Shown one piece after another: positions 9,409-23,637 of a DNA stretch of 64,000 nucleotides. Source of the DNA: an uncultured cyanobacterium (GTDB lineage: Bacteria; Cyanobacteriota; Cyanobacteriia; PCC-6307; Cyanobiaceae); contig CAVXWZ010000011.1 of NCBI GenBank assembly GCA_963765575.1, positions 544,001 through 608,000 of the forward strand, in the 5' to 3' direction. Below the pieces are notes generated by a model, which saw only the letters and a program-made list of their open reading frames with translations, did not search any database and was not told where the DNA came from. The position numbers were made by a program, and so were the translations under genes. Each line of letters opens with the position of its first letter. The first letter of the stretch is position 1.

Positions 9409-10443
9409 ATGTCCGACAGCCCGCTCCCCCACGACTCCCCCGGGTCGATCTCCCCGACGTCCATCCCGCCCGCCCAACCAGCCCCCATCTCCGCCCAGCG
9501 CTTTGAGCCGCTTACCGCTCACCTGGTGGTGGCCCTGGTCGCCCTGGTGGTGATCGGCGGGGCCACCAGGGTCATGCAGGCGGGTCTGGCCTGCCCCGAC
9601 TGGCCCCTTTGCTACGGCAGCTGGCTGCCGGGCGGGCGCATGAACCTGCAGGTGTTCCTGGAGTGGTTCCACCGCCTGGATGCCTTCGTGGTGGGTGTGG
9701 CGCTGCTGGTGCTGAGCGCAGCCAGCTGGCTGGGGCGCCGCCGCCTGCCCGGCTGGTTGCCGTGGGGAGCGGCGGCGGCCCTGCTGCTGGTGGCCGTGCA
9801 GGGCGGCCTGGGGGCCCTGACCGTGACCCGACTCCTGGCCCCGGGCCTGGTGACGGCTCACCTGGGCACGGCCCTGCTGCTCGTGGGCCTGCTCAGTGGC
9901 CTGCATCAGGGGCTGGAGCGCCAGCGTCTGCAGGCGCTGGCGCCGCCGCTGCCCCTCTGGTGGAGGGCGCTCACGTCAGTGGTGCTGGTGCTGGTGCTCG
10001 GCCAGTGCCTGCTGGGAGGCTCCCTGGCCAGCCAGTGGGCGGCAGAGCGCTGCCTGGCCGCTGCCGAGGGCTGCCAGTGGCTCCTGCGCCACCGCCTCGG
10101 CGCAACCCCCACCGCCCTGGCCGTGGCCCTGCTGCTGCCGGCATCCCTGGCCCTGCCTGGCGAGGAGCGTCATCTGCGCGGCTTCAGCCTGGTGGCGGCC
10201 CTGCTGGTGGCCATCCAGGTGGCTCTGGGGGTGGCCACCCTGCGCCTGCAGCTCGCCGTTCCCGCCGTCACCGTGGCGCACCAACTCACGGCGGCCCTGC
10301 TGGTCGCCGTGCTGGCAGCGGCAGTGGGCCGCAGCCTTGGATCCGCCCAGACCCCCGCAGCAGGGGACCCCTGCCTCCCCCAGCCCCAGGCTCCCGTCCA
10401 GACCCCTGCCCTCACCCCCAGCGCGGAATCCGCCCATGGTTAG
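9409..10443 (+). CDS. ctaA: Heme A synthase (COX15/CtaA)
   Basis: [24 protein letters not shown] and conserved His residues in the TM helices. Confidence 0.93.
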   Translation: MSDSPLPHDSPGSISPTSIPPAQPAPISAQRFEPLTAHLVVALVALVVIGGATRVMQAGLACPDWPLCYGSWLPGGRMNLQVFLEWFHRLDAFVVGVALLVLSAASWLGRRRLPGWLPWGAAAALLLVAVQGGLGALTVTRLLAPGLVTAHLGTALLLVGLLSGLHQGLERQRLQALAPPLPLWWRALTSVVLVLVLGQCLLGGSLASQWAAERCLAAAEGCQWLLRHRLGATPTALAVALLLPASLALPGEERHLRGFSLVAALLVAIQVALGVATLRLQLAVPAVTVAHQLTAALLVAVLAAAVGRSLGSAQTPAAGDPCLPQPQAPVQTPALTPSAESAHG

Positions 10444-11443
10444 CTTCAGTCCTCCCACCAGCGCGGTGCTGGCCCCTGAAGCCGGCGCCCCGGCGTCGCT
10501 CCGCCCCACGCCGCCGCGCTCCACGCGCTTGCCGGCCTGGCTGGAGGTGGCGAAACCGCGGCTGATCCCCCTGCTGCTCGCCACCACCCTGGCGGGGATG
10601 GCGGTGAGCGCCGAACCGATCGACGCCGCCACCATCACCTGCACCCTGGTGGGCGGCACCCTGGCGTCTGCGGCGGCAGGAATTCTCAACTGCCTCTGGG
10701 AAGAGGAGCTGGATGGCCGCATGGTCCGCACCAGCCGCCGTGCCCTGCCCTCCGGTCGCCTCGATCGCCAACGTGCCCTGCTGCTGGCAGGCCTGCTGAC
10801 GCTGGCGGCGGTGCTGGTGCTGGTGCTGGGTGTCAATCCGCTGGCGGCCAGCCTGGCCCTGCTCGGCCTGTGCAGTTACGTGTTGCTGTACACGGCGCTG
10901 CTCAAGCCCCGCACCCCCCAGAACATCGTCATCGGCGGTGTGGCGGGTGCGATCCCGCCATTGGTGGGCGCCGCCGCGGCGAGCGGCCAGCTGGGTTGGC
11001 AGAGCTGGTGGCTGTTCAGTCTGGTGATGGTGTGGACCCCGGCCCACTTCTGGGCCCTGGCGCTGCTGCTGCGCGACGACTACCGGTCCGTGGGCATTCC
11101 GATGCTGCCCGTGGTCAAGGGTGTTGCGGTGACGGTCCGGGCGATCCAGGGCTATGCCCGTCTCACCGTGCTGCTCAGCCTGGCCGGCGTGCTGGCCTTG
11201 CCCGGCGGCGGCCTCCTCTACGGCCTGCTGGTGCTGCCCTTCAACGCCCGCCTGCTGCAACTGAGCGGCAACCTGGCGCTTGAGCCCGAGGATCCCGGCC
11301 GGGCCCGCGCGCTGTTCCGCTGGTCGATCCTCTACCTCTTCGGCATCTGCCTGCTGCTGCTGCTGGCCCGGCTGCCTCTGGCCGAGACCCTGCAGCTGCC
11401 GCCCCCGGCCCTGTCGCCCTGGCTGCCTACATTGACCTCCTGA
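10436..11443 (+). CDS. ctaB: Protoheme IX farnesyltransferase (heme O synthase)
   Basis: [38 protein letters not shown] and DY..VGIPMLP. Confidence 0.95.
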   Translation: MVSFSPPTSAVLAPEAGAPASLRPTPPRSTRLPAWLEVAKPRLIPLLLATTLAGMAVSAEPIDAATITCTLVGGTLASAAAGILNCLWEEELDGRMVRTSRRALPSGRLDRQRALLLAGLLTLAAVLVLVLGVNPLAASLALLGLCSYVLLYTALLKPRTPQNIVIGGVAGAIPPLVGAAAASGQLGWQSWWLFSLVMVWTPAHFWALALLLRDDYRSVGIPMLPVVKGVAVTVRAIQGYARLTVLLSLAGVLALPGGGLLYGLLVLPFNARLLQLSGNLALEPEDPGRARALFRWSILYLFGICLLLLLARLPLAETLQLPPPALSPWLPTLTS

Positions 11444-11463
11444 CTCGACGGGCGACCCCTCTG

Positions 11464-12510
11464 ATGGGTGATGGTTCTGCTGGCGGCGGGCTGATCGAGC
11501 TCCGCGACCTGCACAAGAGCTACGGCCGTGGCGACGGGGCGGTGTCCGCCTTGGACGGCCTCAGCCTGAGCGTGCCAGCGGGCACGCTCTATGGCCTGCT
11601 GGGTCCGAATGGCTCGGGCAAGACCACCGCCTTGCGCATTCTCTGCACGCTGCTGGCCCCCGACGCCGGCAGCGTGCGCGTGGCCGGTGTCGATGCTCTC
11701 AGCCAGCCCCGCTCCGTGCGCCGGCTGCTGGGCTACGTGGCCCAGGAGGTGGCGATCGACAAGATTCTCAGCGGTCGTGAACTGCTGCAGCTGCAGGGGG
11801 ATCTGCACCACCTCGAGCACGCTGAGCGCAACCGCCGCATCGTCGAGCTGGTGGAGCTGCTGGGGATGGGTGAGTGGATCGATCGCCGCTGCGGTGGCTA
11901 TTCCGGCGGCATGCGCCGCCGCCTCGATCTCGCCTCAGCCCTGCTGCACCGGCCCCGGGTGCTGGTTCTCGATGAGCCCACCGTGGGTCTCGACATCGAG
12001 AGCCGCGCGGCGATCTGGACGGTGCTGCGCCAGCTCCGTGACGGCGGCACCACGGTGCTGCTCAGCAGCCACTACCTGGAGGAAGTGGATGCCCTGGCTG
12101 ACCGCCTGGCGATCATCGAACGGGGTCAGGTGATCGCCGAGGGGGCGCCGGCGGCCCTCAAGCGGGCCCTTGGGGGCGATCGCGTCACCCTGCGGGTGCG
12201 CGAGTTCAGTGACGCGGAGGAGGCGGAGCGGGTTCAGCGCCTCCTGCAGGGCTGCGACGGGGTGCGCCAGGTGGTGGTCAACCGCTCCCAGGGCTACTCC
12301 CTCAACCTGGTGGTGGAGCACGAGGGCGTGGCGGAGCAGCTGCGCCGCCATCTGGCCGCCGCCGAGCTGCCGGTGTTCGCCCTGGCCCAGAGTCGCCCCA
12401 GCCTCGACGATGTGTACCTGCAGGCCACCGGCCGCACCCTGATGGATGCGGAGCTGGCCGTGGCCGGCCTGCGCGACCCCAAGGCCGAGCGCAAGCAGAG
12501 CATGCGCTGA
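11464..12510 (+). CDS. ABC exporter ATP-binding subunit (DrrA-like)
   Basis: Walker A GPNGSGKT, signature YSGGM and LDEPTVGLD. Confidence 0.92.
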   Translation: MGDGSAGGGLIELRDLHKSYGRGDGAVSALDGLSLSVPAGTLYGLLGPNGSGKTTALRILCTLLAPDAGSVRVAGVDALSQPRSVRRLLGYVAQEVAIDKILSGRELLQLQGDLHHLEHAERNRRIVELVELLGMGEWIDRRCGGYSGGMRRRLDLASALLHRPRVLVLDEPTVGLDIESRAAIWTVLRQLRDGGTTVLLSSHYLEEVDALADRLAIIERGQVIAEGAPAALKRALGGDRVTLRVREFSDAEEAERVQRLLQGCDGVRQVVVNRSQGYSLNLVVEHEGVAEQLRRHLAAAELPVFALAQSRPSLDDVYLQATGRTLMDAELAVAGLRDPKAERKQSMR

Positions 12511-12589
12511 GCCAGGCTTCAGCCCCACAGCCAGCTGCGCAGCTCCCAGCTGCGCACCCCTCCCCAGCCCAGCGATTGCGGCCTTCCCG

Positions 12590-13444
12590 ATGACGTCAGC
12601 CAACCCCAGCCTCCAGTCCCTGCCCGCCGAACCCTCGGCCCTGGCCGAGATCAGCCAGGAAACCCTGGCCCTCACCCGCCGGCTGTTCGTGCAGCTGCAG
12701 CGCCGCCCCTCCACCCTGGTGGCCGGGGTGCTGCAGCCGCTGATCTGGCTGGTGCTGTTCGGCGCCCTGTTCGCCAAGGCCCCGGAGGGGCTGCTGCCCG
12801 AGGGCATGAGCTACGGCCGCTTCCTTGGGGCTGGTGTGATCGTGTTCACGGCCTTCAGCGGTGCCCTCAATGCCGGCCTGCCGGTGATGTTCGACCGTGA
12901 ATTCGGCTTCCTCAACCGGCTGCTGGTGGCCCCCCTGCGCTCCCGCAGCTCGATCGTGCTGGCCTCGGTGCTGTTCATCACGGTGATGAGCCTGGTGCAG
13001 AGCCTGGCGATCATGGTCACCGCCGCCCTGCTGGGTTATGGCTGGCCCGGTGGCGGCGGACTGCTGCTGGTGCTGGTCACGCTGCTGCTGCTGGTGTTCG
13101 CCGTCACCGCCCTCAGCCTCGGCCTGGCCTTCGCCCTGCCCGGCCACATTGAGCTGATCGCCGTGATTTTCGTGGCCAACCTGCCGCTGCTGTTCGCCAG
13201 CACCGCCCTGGCCCCGATCTCCTTCATGCCCTCCTGGCTGGGCTGGCTGGCGGCTCTCAACCCGCTCACCTTCGCGATTGAGCCGATCCGCGCGGCCTAC
13301 GCCGGCCAGTTCTCCCTCAGCGCCGTGGTGCTGGAGGCCCCCTACGGCCAGCTCACCGCCGCCAGCTGCCTGGGCGTGCTGGCGGCCCTGGCGGTGGGCC
13401 TGTTCCTGCTGATCCGTCCGCTGCTCGATCGCAAGCTCACCTGA
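12590..13444 (+). CDS. ABC-2 type permease (Ycf38/DrrB-like)
   Basis: QPLIWLVLFG, FDREFGFLNRLLVAP and NPLTFAIEPIR; follows the ATPase gene. Confidence 0.9.
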   Translation: MTSANPSLQSLPAEPSALAEISQETLALTRRLFVQLQRRPSTLVAGVLQPLIWLVLFGALFAKAPEGLLPEGMSYGRFLGAGVIVFTAFSGALNAGLPVMFDREFGFLNRLLVAPLRSRSSIVLASVLFITVMSLVQSLAIMVTAALLGYGWPGGGGLLLVLVTLLLLVFAVTALSLGLAFALPGHIELIAVIFVANLPLLFASTALAPISFMPSWLGWLAALNPLTFAIEPIRAAYAGQFSLSAVVLEAPYGQLTAASCLGVLAALAVGLFLLIRPLLDRKLT

Positions 13445-13473
13445 GCCCCGCAGCCCCCGCCCGCCCATCCGCC

Positions 13474-14154
13474 ATGGCCCCCCTTCCCCATCCCCAGGGA
13501 CTGATCGTGTCGGTGCAGGCTCCGCTGGGATCGCCGCTGCGCGATCCGGAGGTGATCGCCGCCATGGCCGAGGCCAGCCTGCGCAACGGCGCCAGCGCTG
13601 TGCGGCTGGAGAGTCCGGAGCACATCGGGGCGGTGCGGCGCCGCTGCCCCGATGCCCTGATCGTGGGGCTGTGGAAACGCACCTACCCCGACAGCTCCGT
13701 GTACATCACCCCGGGCTGGGAGGAGATTCAGGCGGTGTGGGCTGCCGGTGCCGATGTGGTGGCGCTCGATGCCACCGCGCGGCCGAGGCCGGGCGGAGTG
13801 GCCCTGGCCGAGCTGATCGTCCGGGCCCGGCAGCAGCTCGGTGCCGTGCTGATGGCCGATGTGGACAGCCTGGCCAATGGCCTGGAGGCGGCCCGGCTGG
13901 GCTGCCCGTGGGTGGGCACCACCCTCTACGGCTACACCGAGCTCACTGCCCAATGCAGCCCTCCGGCCTGGGATCTGCTTGGACCCCTGCGGGAGCAGCT
14001 GCCGGCCGCTACGGCCCTGATCTGTGAAGGCGGGATCGCCAGCCCCGAGCAGGCGGCCCGGGCGCTGGCGCTGGGCGCCGATGCGGTGGTGGTGGGAACG
14101 GCGATCACCGGGATCGACCTGCAGGTGAGGGCCTACCGGCGGGTCCTGGGCTGA
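13474..14154 (+). CDS. nanE: N-acetylmannosamine-6-phosphate 2-epimerase
   Basis: GLIVSVQA, GTTLYGYT, ICEGGI and VVVGTAIT. Confidence 0.92.
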   Translation: MAPLPHPQGLIVSVQAPLGSPLRDPEVIAAMAEASLRNGASAVRLESPEHIGAVRRRCPDALIVGLWKRTYPDSSVYITPGWEEIQAVWAAGADVVALDATARPRPGGVALAELIVRARQQLGAVLMADVDSLANGLEAARLGCPWVGTTLYGYTELTAQCSPPAWDLLGPLREQLPAATALICEGGIASPEQAARALALGADAVVVGTAITGIDLQVRAYRRVLG

Positions 14155-14180
14155 GGAGGGCTGGGGGGCTGCGCCTCACA

Positions 14181-16264
<2,084 letters not shown>

Positions 16265-16295
16265 TGGTGCTGGCGCCCCCCCTGCGGCGGCGCCC

Positions 16296-17947
<1,652 letters not shown>

Positions 17948-18019
17948 GGCGGGGGATCGGGCACGGCGGCCTGATTGTATGGATCTCTCTCTGACCAGGC
18001 CCACCGCCGGGAGTCGTTT

Positions 18020-18700
18020 GTGCATCTGCTGATTGCCGCCGCCGGCAGCGGCCGCCGCATGGGTGCCAAGGGCAACAAGTTGCTGCTCGAGGTGGCCGGC
18101 CGCCCGGTGCTGGCCTGGACCCTCGATGCCGCCCTGGCCTGCCCGGCGATCCACTGGATCGGCATTGTCGGTCAGCCCGCCGATGCCGAGGCGGTGGCCG
18201 CGATCGTGACCGCCGCCGCCCCGTCCCTGCCGGTGCGCTGGATCCTGGGCGGCGCCACCCGCCAGGAGTCGGTGCGCCGGGGCCTGGCGGCCCTGCCGGC
18301 GGAGGCGCAGGGGGTGCTGATTCACGACGGCGCCCGCGCGCTGGTGGAGCCGGAGCTGCTCGAGCGCTGTGCCGCCGCCGTGGCCCTGGGCCGGTCGGTG
18401 ATCGCCGCCACGCCCGTCACCGACACGATCAAGCAGGTGGACGCGGAGGGCACGATCACCGCCACACCCGATCGCAGCTGCCTGTGGGCCGCCCAGACAC
18501 CCCAGGGATTCCCGGTGGCGCAGCTGCGCCAGGCCCACCGCACCGCCAGCGAGCGGGGCTGGAGCGTCACCGATGACGCCGCCCTGCTGGAGCGCCTCGG
18601 TCAGCCGGTGCAGGTGCTGGAAGCGCCGCCTGCCAACATCAAGCTCACCACACCCTTTGACCTCACGGTGGCCGCGGCGCTGCTGGCGGCCAGGCGCTGA
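18020..18700 (+). CDS. ispD: 2-C-methyl-D-erythritol 4-phosphate cytidylyltransferase
   Basis: [34 protein letters not shown] and [10 protein letters not shown]. Confidence 0.96.
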   Translation: MHLLIAAAGSGRRMGAKGNKLLLEVAGRPVLAWTLDAALACPAIHWIGIVGQPADAEAVAAIVTAAAPSLPVRWILGGATRQESVRRGLAALPAEAQGVLIHDGARALVEPELLERCAAAVALGRSVIAATPVTDTIKQVDAEGTITATPDRSCLWAAQTPQGFPVAQLRQAHRTASERGWSVTDDAALLERLGQPVQVLEAPPANIKLTTPFDLTVAAALLAARR

Positions 18701-18701
18701 A

Positions 18702-19661
18702 TCAGCGCCGCAGCTCCAGGCGGCCGCCATCGGCATCGAGCCGCACCCTTGCCCCCAGGGGCAGGGCGGCATTGCCGCTCTCATGGCCCACCGGCAGGTT
18801 GGCCAGCACCGGGATGCCGAGGTCGCAGGTGCGATCCCGCAGCACCTCTTCGAGGCTGAAGCGGGCCGGGGCCTGCCGGTCAGTCGCGGCGTGGCTGGTG
18901 CCGGCGGCGCCGCTGTCGGGGTCGTCGCAGTCGCTGAACTGGCCCAGGCCGATGCCGGCCAGCTGGCCCAGGGCGCCACTCAGGCGCCAGTGGGTGAGCA
19001 GGCGGTCGACCCTGTAGGGCGCTTCGCCCACCTCCTCCAACACCAGAATCGCCCCGCGCAGGCTGGGTAGGTGGGCCGTGCCCAGCAGGTGGGTGGCCAC
19101 CGTGAGGTTTCCCACCAGCAGCGGCCCCTCGGCCACCCCGCCCACCCAGCCCACCCCCGCCAGGGACGGCAGCGGCTCGCCGAACAGCAGGGCCCGCAGG
19201 CGCTCCTGACTCCAGGTCGGCTCCGCCGCCAGGCTGGTGAGCAGGGGGCCGTGGATGGCGCCGCCATGGCCCTGGGCCAGCTGGGCCCAAAGCAACGACG
19301 TGACATCGGAAAACCCCAGCAGCCAGCGGGGTGCCAGGGCCAGGGGCTGCTCCAGCAGCCGGGCGGCGCCCCAGCCGCCACGCAGGCAGGCCAGCAGATC
19401 AGCGCCGCTGCGGCCGGCCTGCAGCAGATCATCCCGGCGCTGCCCATCCAGTCCGGCCAGGTAGCCCCAGCGGCGTTCGTGCACCGGTTGCCTGGACACC
19501 TCCAGCCCCCAGCTCTCCAGCAGGGCAATGCCGGCCTCCAGGCGCTCCAGGCCGACCGGATCCACCAGCGCCGAGCTGGCGGCCACCGCTGCCACCCGAT
19601 CGCCACCCCGCAGGGGCTGGGGCCACGCCAGGGGCTCCGCCCCCCCCATGGGCCTGGTCAT
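18702..19661 (-). CDS. LD-carboxypeptidase (peptidase S66)
   Basis: RGGWG, GFSD, GNL, LEEVGE.PYRVDR and PVGH catalytic motifs. Confidence 0.9.
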   Translation of the reverse strand: MTRPMGGAEPLAWPQPLRGGDRVAAVAASSALVDPVGLERLEAGIALLESWGLEVSRQPVHERRWGYLAGLDGQRRDDLLQAGRSGADLLACLRGGWGAARLLEQPLALAPRWLLGFSDVTSLLWAQLAQGHGGAIHGPLLTSLAAEPTWSQERLRALLFGEPLPSLAGVGWVGGVAEGPLLVGNLTVATHLLGTAHLPSLRGAILVLEEVGEAPYRVDRLLTHWRLSGALGQLAGIGLGQFSDCDDPDSGAAGTSHAATDRQAPARFSLEEVLRDRTCDLGIPVLANLPVGHESGNAALPLGARVRLDADGGRLELRR

Positions 19662-20554
19662 GGCAGCCGTCCCAGCACGAGGGCCAGCAGCAGCAGGGCC
19701 CCCAGCCGCACCTGCTGGCCGAAGTGGCGCCCGTAGGCCGCCCCGCCCAGCTCCGGCCCGAGCAGGGCCCAGCCCTCGCGCAGCATGCCGGCGGCGGCGA
19801 CCAGTCCCAGCAGCCAGCCGATGGGGTTGAGCCCCCGCAGGGCGGCGGCCAGGGCCAGGGCCAGGACGGTGGCCCCATAGCAGCAGGTCACCACCAACGG
19901 TGCCCGACGGCCGAGGCTGAGGGCACTGCTGCGCACCCCGATCGCCCGGTCGTCCTCGCGGTCGGCCATGGCATACACCGTGTCGAAGCCGAAGGTCCAC
20001 AGCAGCGTCGCCAGCCAGGAGAGGGCGAGGGGCCAGCCCCCCGCCAGGGAGCCGGTGGCGGCGGCCCAGGGGATCAGCACCGCGAAACCCCAGCAGAGCG
20101 CCAGCACCAGCTGGGGGTAGGCGAACCAGCGCTTGGCCGAGGGGTAGAACAGCACCACCGGCAGGGCGGCCAGGGCCAGCAGCAGGCAGGCTGCGCGGCT
20201 GGCCGGCGGCAAGCCAACGATCACCACCGCCAGGGCGATCAGCAGGCACAGCAGCAGCAGCAGCACTGCTTCAGGCACGCTCACCCGGCCGGCCGCCAGC
20301 GGGCGGTTGCGGGTGCGCTCCACCCGCGGATCGATGCGGCGGTCCCAGAGATCGTTGGCGATGCAGCCCGCCCCGCTCACGGCCAGGGCACCGATCACGA
20401 TCCAGCCCAGCAGCGGCGCCGGCGGTGGCACCACAGGCGTGAGCCAGAGACTCCAGCCGGCCGGGATCAGCAGGATCAACCGGCCACTGGGTTTGTGCCA
20501 GCGCAGCAGTTCCAGCCAGGCCCGCCATCGCGATCTGATCGCCGAGCCGGCCAT
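19658..20554 (-). CDS. ubiA: 4-hydroxybenzoate polyprenyltransferase (UbiA/PlqA)
   Basis: GCIANDLWDRRID..VERT..RPLA, YPSAKR and FDTVYAMADREDD. Confidence 0.93.
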   Translation of the reverse strand: MAGSAIRSRWRAWLELLRWHKPSGRLILLIPAGWSLWLTPVVPPPAPLLGWIVIGALAVSGAGCIANDLWDRRIDPRVERTRNRPLAAGRVSVPEAVLLLLLCLLIALAVVIVGLPPASRAACLLLALAALPVVLFYPSAKRWFAYPQLVLALCWGFAVLIPWAAATGSLAGGWPLALSWLATLLWTFGFDTVYAMADREDDRAIGVRSSALSLGRRAPLVVTCCYGATVLALALAAALRGLNPIGWLLGLVAAAGMLREGWALLGPELGGAAYGRHFGQQVRLGALLLLALVLGRLP

Positions 20555-20630
20555 CGCTGTCTCCCGCTGCGGCGCAGGCTAGGGGGCGCAGGGGGTGGCA
20601 AAGTGACGCCGCGCCGGCAGTTGCCAGCCC

Positions 20631-22277
20631 ATGGTCCAGGCCCCCACCCCGCCCCTACCGGACAAGGTCGACGGGAGCCCGGACAGCCACCGGCGGGTTG
20701 CCGCCATCGACATCGGCACCAACTCCATCCACCTGCTGATCGCCGAGGTGGACGTGCAGCTGTGCAGCTTTTCGGTGCTTCTGGCGGAGAAGAGCACCAC
20801 CCGCCTGGGTGAGCGCGAGCCCGGCAGCGGCGACCTCAGCTCCGCCGCGATCGAGCGGGCCTTCCGCACCCTCCGCCATCACCGCCAGTTGGCGGAGAGC
20901 CATGGCGTCGAGCAGATCGTCACAGCGGCCACCAGTGCCGTGCGGGAGGCGCCCAATGGCCGCGATTTTCTCCTCGCCATTCAGAACCAGCTGGGTCTGG
21001 CGGTGGATCTGGTGAGCGGCCCGGAGGAGGCCCGCCTGATCTATCTGGGGGTGCTCTCGGGGATGGCCTTCGCTGAGCGTCCCCACACGATCATCGACAT
21101 CGGCGGGGGCTCCACCGAGCTGGTGCTGGCCGATGGCGCCGATGCCCTCGCCCTCACCAGCACGCGCATCGGGGCCGTGCGGCTGCAGCGCGAGTTCTGC
21201 CAGCAGGATCCCCTGCCGCCTGAGCAACGCGGCTTTCTGCAGGCCTACATCCAGGGTGCCCTCGATCCGGCCGTGGCCGAGGTCCGCCTCGCCCTGCGCC
21301 CCGGCGACGTTCCCCAGCTGGTGGGCACCAGCGGCACCGCCATGGCCCTGGCGGCCCTGGCGGCGGCCGACGACGAGCGGCCCACCCTCAAGCTGCAGGG
21401 CTACCGGCTCAGCCGGGAGCGGGTGGACCAGTTGGTGGCACGGTTGCTGGCGATGCCGTTCGAGCAGCGCCGAGCCCTGCCGGCCATCAACGAACGCCGG
21501 GCCGAGATCATCGTGCCCGGCGCGCTGATCCTGCAGACCGCCATGGCCATGCTCGGGGCCACGGATCTGGTGGTGTGTGACCGGGCCCTGCGGGAGGGTC
21601 TGATCGTGGACTGGATGCTGCGCAACCACATCCTCGGCGATCGCTTCTCCTTCCAGAGCACGATCCGGGAGCGCACGGTGCTGCATCTGGCGCGGAGCTT
21701 CGGTGTCGACCCGGTGCGTGCCGATCGGGTTGCCGAGCAGGCCCTCAGCCTCTACGACCAGACCCGGGGGCTGCTGCACGACGACGAGGGCCCCGGGCGC
21801 CAGCTGCTCTGGGCGGCAGCTCAGCTGCACACGTGCGGGACGTGCATCAACATCTCCGCCTACCACAAACACACCTGGTACCTGATTCGCCACGGCGAGC
21901 TGCTCGGCTACTCCCAGGGTGAGCACCTGATGGTGGCGGCCATCGCCCGCTACCACCGCCGCAGCCTGCCCAAGAAGCGCCATGAGTCGTGGCTGCTGAT
22001 CGATGGTCGGGAGCAGCGCCAGACCGTGGCCACGATGGCCCTGTTGCTGCGCCTGGCCGCGGCCCTGGATCGGCGTCCTGCCGCCGTGATCGAGGCCCTG
22101 CGGGTGCTGCCGCTGCCACCCGGCGACGAGCGGGGGATGGCGGTGGAGCTGCTGCCGAGGCAGGCGCAGCCGGGCGAGGAGGCCGTGGATCTGAGCCTGG
22201 AGCGCTGGAGTCTGCGCTCCTGCGCTGATGTCGTGATGGAGGCCAGTGGCCTGGAGCTCAGGGTGCTGGAGCCCTGA
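20631..22277 (+). CDS. ppx: Exopolyphosphatase / Ppx-GppA phosphatase
   Basis: IDIGTNS, ATSAVREAPN, EEARL, DIGGGSTE and LREG. Confidence 0.94.
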   Translation: MVQAPTPPLPDKVDGSPDSHRRVAAIDIGTNSIHLLIAEVDVQLCSFSVLLAEKSTTRLGEREPGSGDLSSAAIERAFRTLRHHRQLAESHGVEQIVTAATSAVREAPNGRDFLLAIQNQLGLAVDLVSGPEEARLIYLGVLSGMAFAERPHTIIDIGGGSTELVLADGADALALTSTRIGAVRLQREFCQQDPLPPEQRGFLQAYIQGALDPAVAEVRLALRPGDVPQLVGTSGTAMALAALAAADDERPTLKLQGYRLSRERVDQLVARLLAMPFEQRRALPAINERRAEIIVPGALILQTAMAMLGATDLVVCDRALREGLIVDWMLRNHILGDRFSFQSTIRERTVLHLARSFGVDPVRADRVAEQALSLYDQTRGLLHDDEGPGRQLLWAAAQLHTCGTCINISAYHKHTWYLIRHGELLGYSQGEHLMVAAIARYHRRSLPKKRHESWLLIDGREQRQTVATMALLLRLAAALDRRPAAVIEALRVLPLPPGDERGMAVELLPRQAQPGEEAVDLSLERWSLRSCADVVMEASGLELRVLEP

Positions 22278-23175
22278 AGCGGCGCCAGCGCACATCCTCG
22301 ATCCTGCCCATGGGAACGGCCGGGGCAGGTCCCAGCCCCACCTGCACGAGATCGGGACGGCCGGCGAGCACCTCCAGCTCAGCCTTGAGGGGGAACCGTT
22401 TCTCGCTCTCCAGAGTGCCGCGGAACAGGGTCGTGCCCTCGGGGCTGCGCACGTGCACCCAGCTCGGTGCGCTCGGCCGCAGCACCAGGTCGCCCTGGCG
22501 GGCTGTGGTGGTGCGCCCTGGCACCGGGTCGGCAGGCGGCCCTGCAGCCTTGCTGGCCCCATCGCCGGCGGCCCCGCTGGTCATCTCGCTGGCGGCCAGC
22601 GGAGCGGTGGTGGGGGAGTTGGGGGAGGTGGGGGTGGACTGGGCAGGGGTCCGGCGCGGGAGCGCCTGTCGCAAGCCGATCAGGCCAGCCGCGGCAGCGA
22701 GCAGCACGATCACTGCCAACAGGGTGACCGGCACGGTGGTGCTGGGCGCGCCGGTGGGCTTGGGAGCCGAGATCTGTCCCTGCCGCCCGGCGGCAGCCTC
22801 AGCGGTACGGCCCTGGCCCTGGCGTTGGCCGCGGGGGCGCTCTGGACGCTTGTCCTGGCCTCCGGTCTGGTTCTGCTGAAGGGGCTGGGCGGGAGCGCGG
22901 CTGGCCCGGGGGATCTGAAACCCGTCACTGCCGCGCAGGGCCGCGATCTCCTGATCAATCTCGATGCCCAGACTGGCGGCCACCCGGCGGGCCTGGGCGA
23001 TCACGAACACCGGCTCCGGCAGGCCGTCGCGGTTGCCGGCCTCCAGGGCCTGCAGCTGTTCGCGGCCCATGTTCAGTCGATCGGCATGCTCCTCAAGGCT
23101 GCGACCAGAGGCTTCACGCGCCTGGACGAGCCGCCGGCCCAGTTGCTGCAGTGCCGGATTGGCGTCAGCGCTCAC
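22258..23175 (-). CDS. RodZ-like helix-turn-helix protein with TM segment and DUF4115 domain
   Basis: N-terminal HTH (LQALEAG...LPEPVFV), central TM helix, and PSWVHVR...G.TLFRG C-terminal domain. Confidence 0.75.
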   Translation of the reverse strand: MSADANPALQQLGRRLVQAREASGRSLEEHADRLNMGREQLQALEAGNRDGLPEPVFVIAQARRVAASLGIEIDQEIAALRGSDGFQIPRASRAPAQPLQQNQTGGQDKRPERPRGQRQGQGRTAEAAAGRQGQISAPKPTGAPSTTVPVTLLAVIVLLAAAAGLIGLRQALPRRTPAQSTPTSPNSPTTAPLAASEMTSGAAGDGASKAAGPPADPVPGRTTTARQGDLVLRPSAPSWVHVRSPEGTTLFRGTLESEKRFPLKAELEVLAGRPDLVQVGLGPAPAVPMGRIEDVRWRRFRAPAP

Positions 23176-23345
23176 GCGGCAGGTCTCCAGGAAGGAACAG
23201 GCGCCGGCGTGGTGAGCCGGAACTCCCGAACGCCGTGGATCACGTCCGGAATCGACGCCATTCTGAACCCTCGCCACCGGAGCCACCAGCCCCGAGCTGG
23301 CCCACGGGACAGCTTGGGGCTGCCCACGGGGGGCGTAAAAAATGA

Positions 23346-23417
<72 letters not shown>

Positions 23418-23637
23418 GATACTGAAGGGAACTGGCAGCAACGGAACTGGCAGGTCTCCCACAGGCTGAAGGCCCGGCGGCCGTGGATGGCCAACTCGGA
23501 TCTCAACGTGCCTGACTTTACGGCACCACTGGAGGCCACCACTGGACCACACCACTGGCTGGCGTCGCCCTGCTCCAGCCCATCCTCCGGCCGGCGATCG
23601 TCCAGCATGGGTCGCGTCGTTCGACCGTGCCCCATCG

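Noticed and set aside
20655..22562. Long antisense and alternate-frame ORFs (e.g. 635 aa opposite ppx, and others opposite groEL, DUF3370 and guaB)
   Set aside because: Shadow ORFs expected from GC3-rich codon usage; no recognisable motifs.
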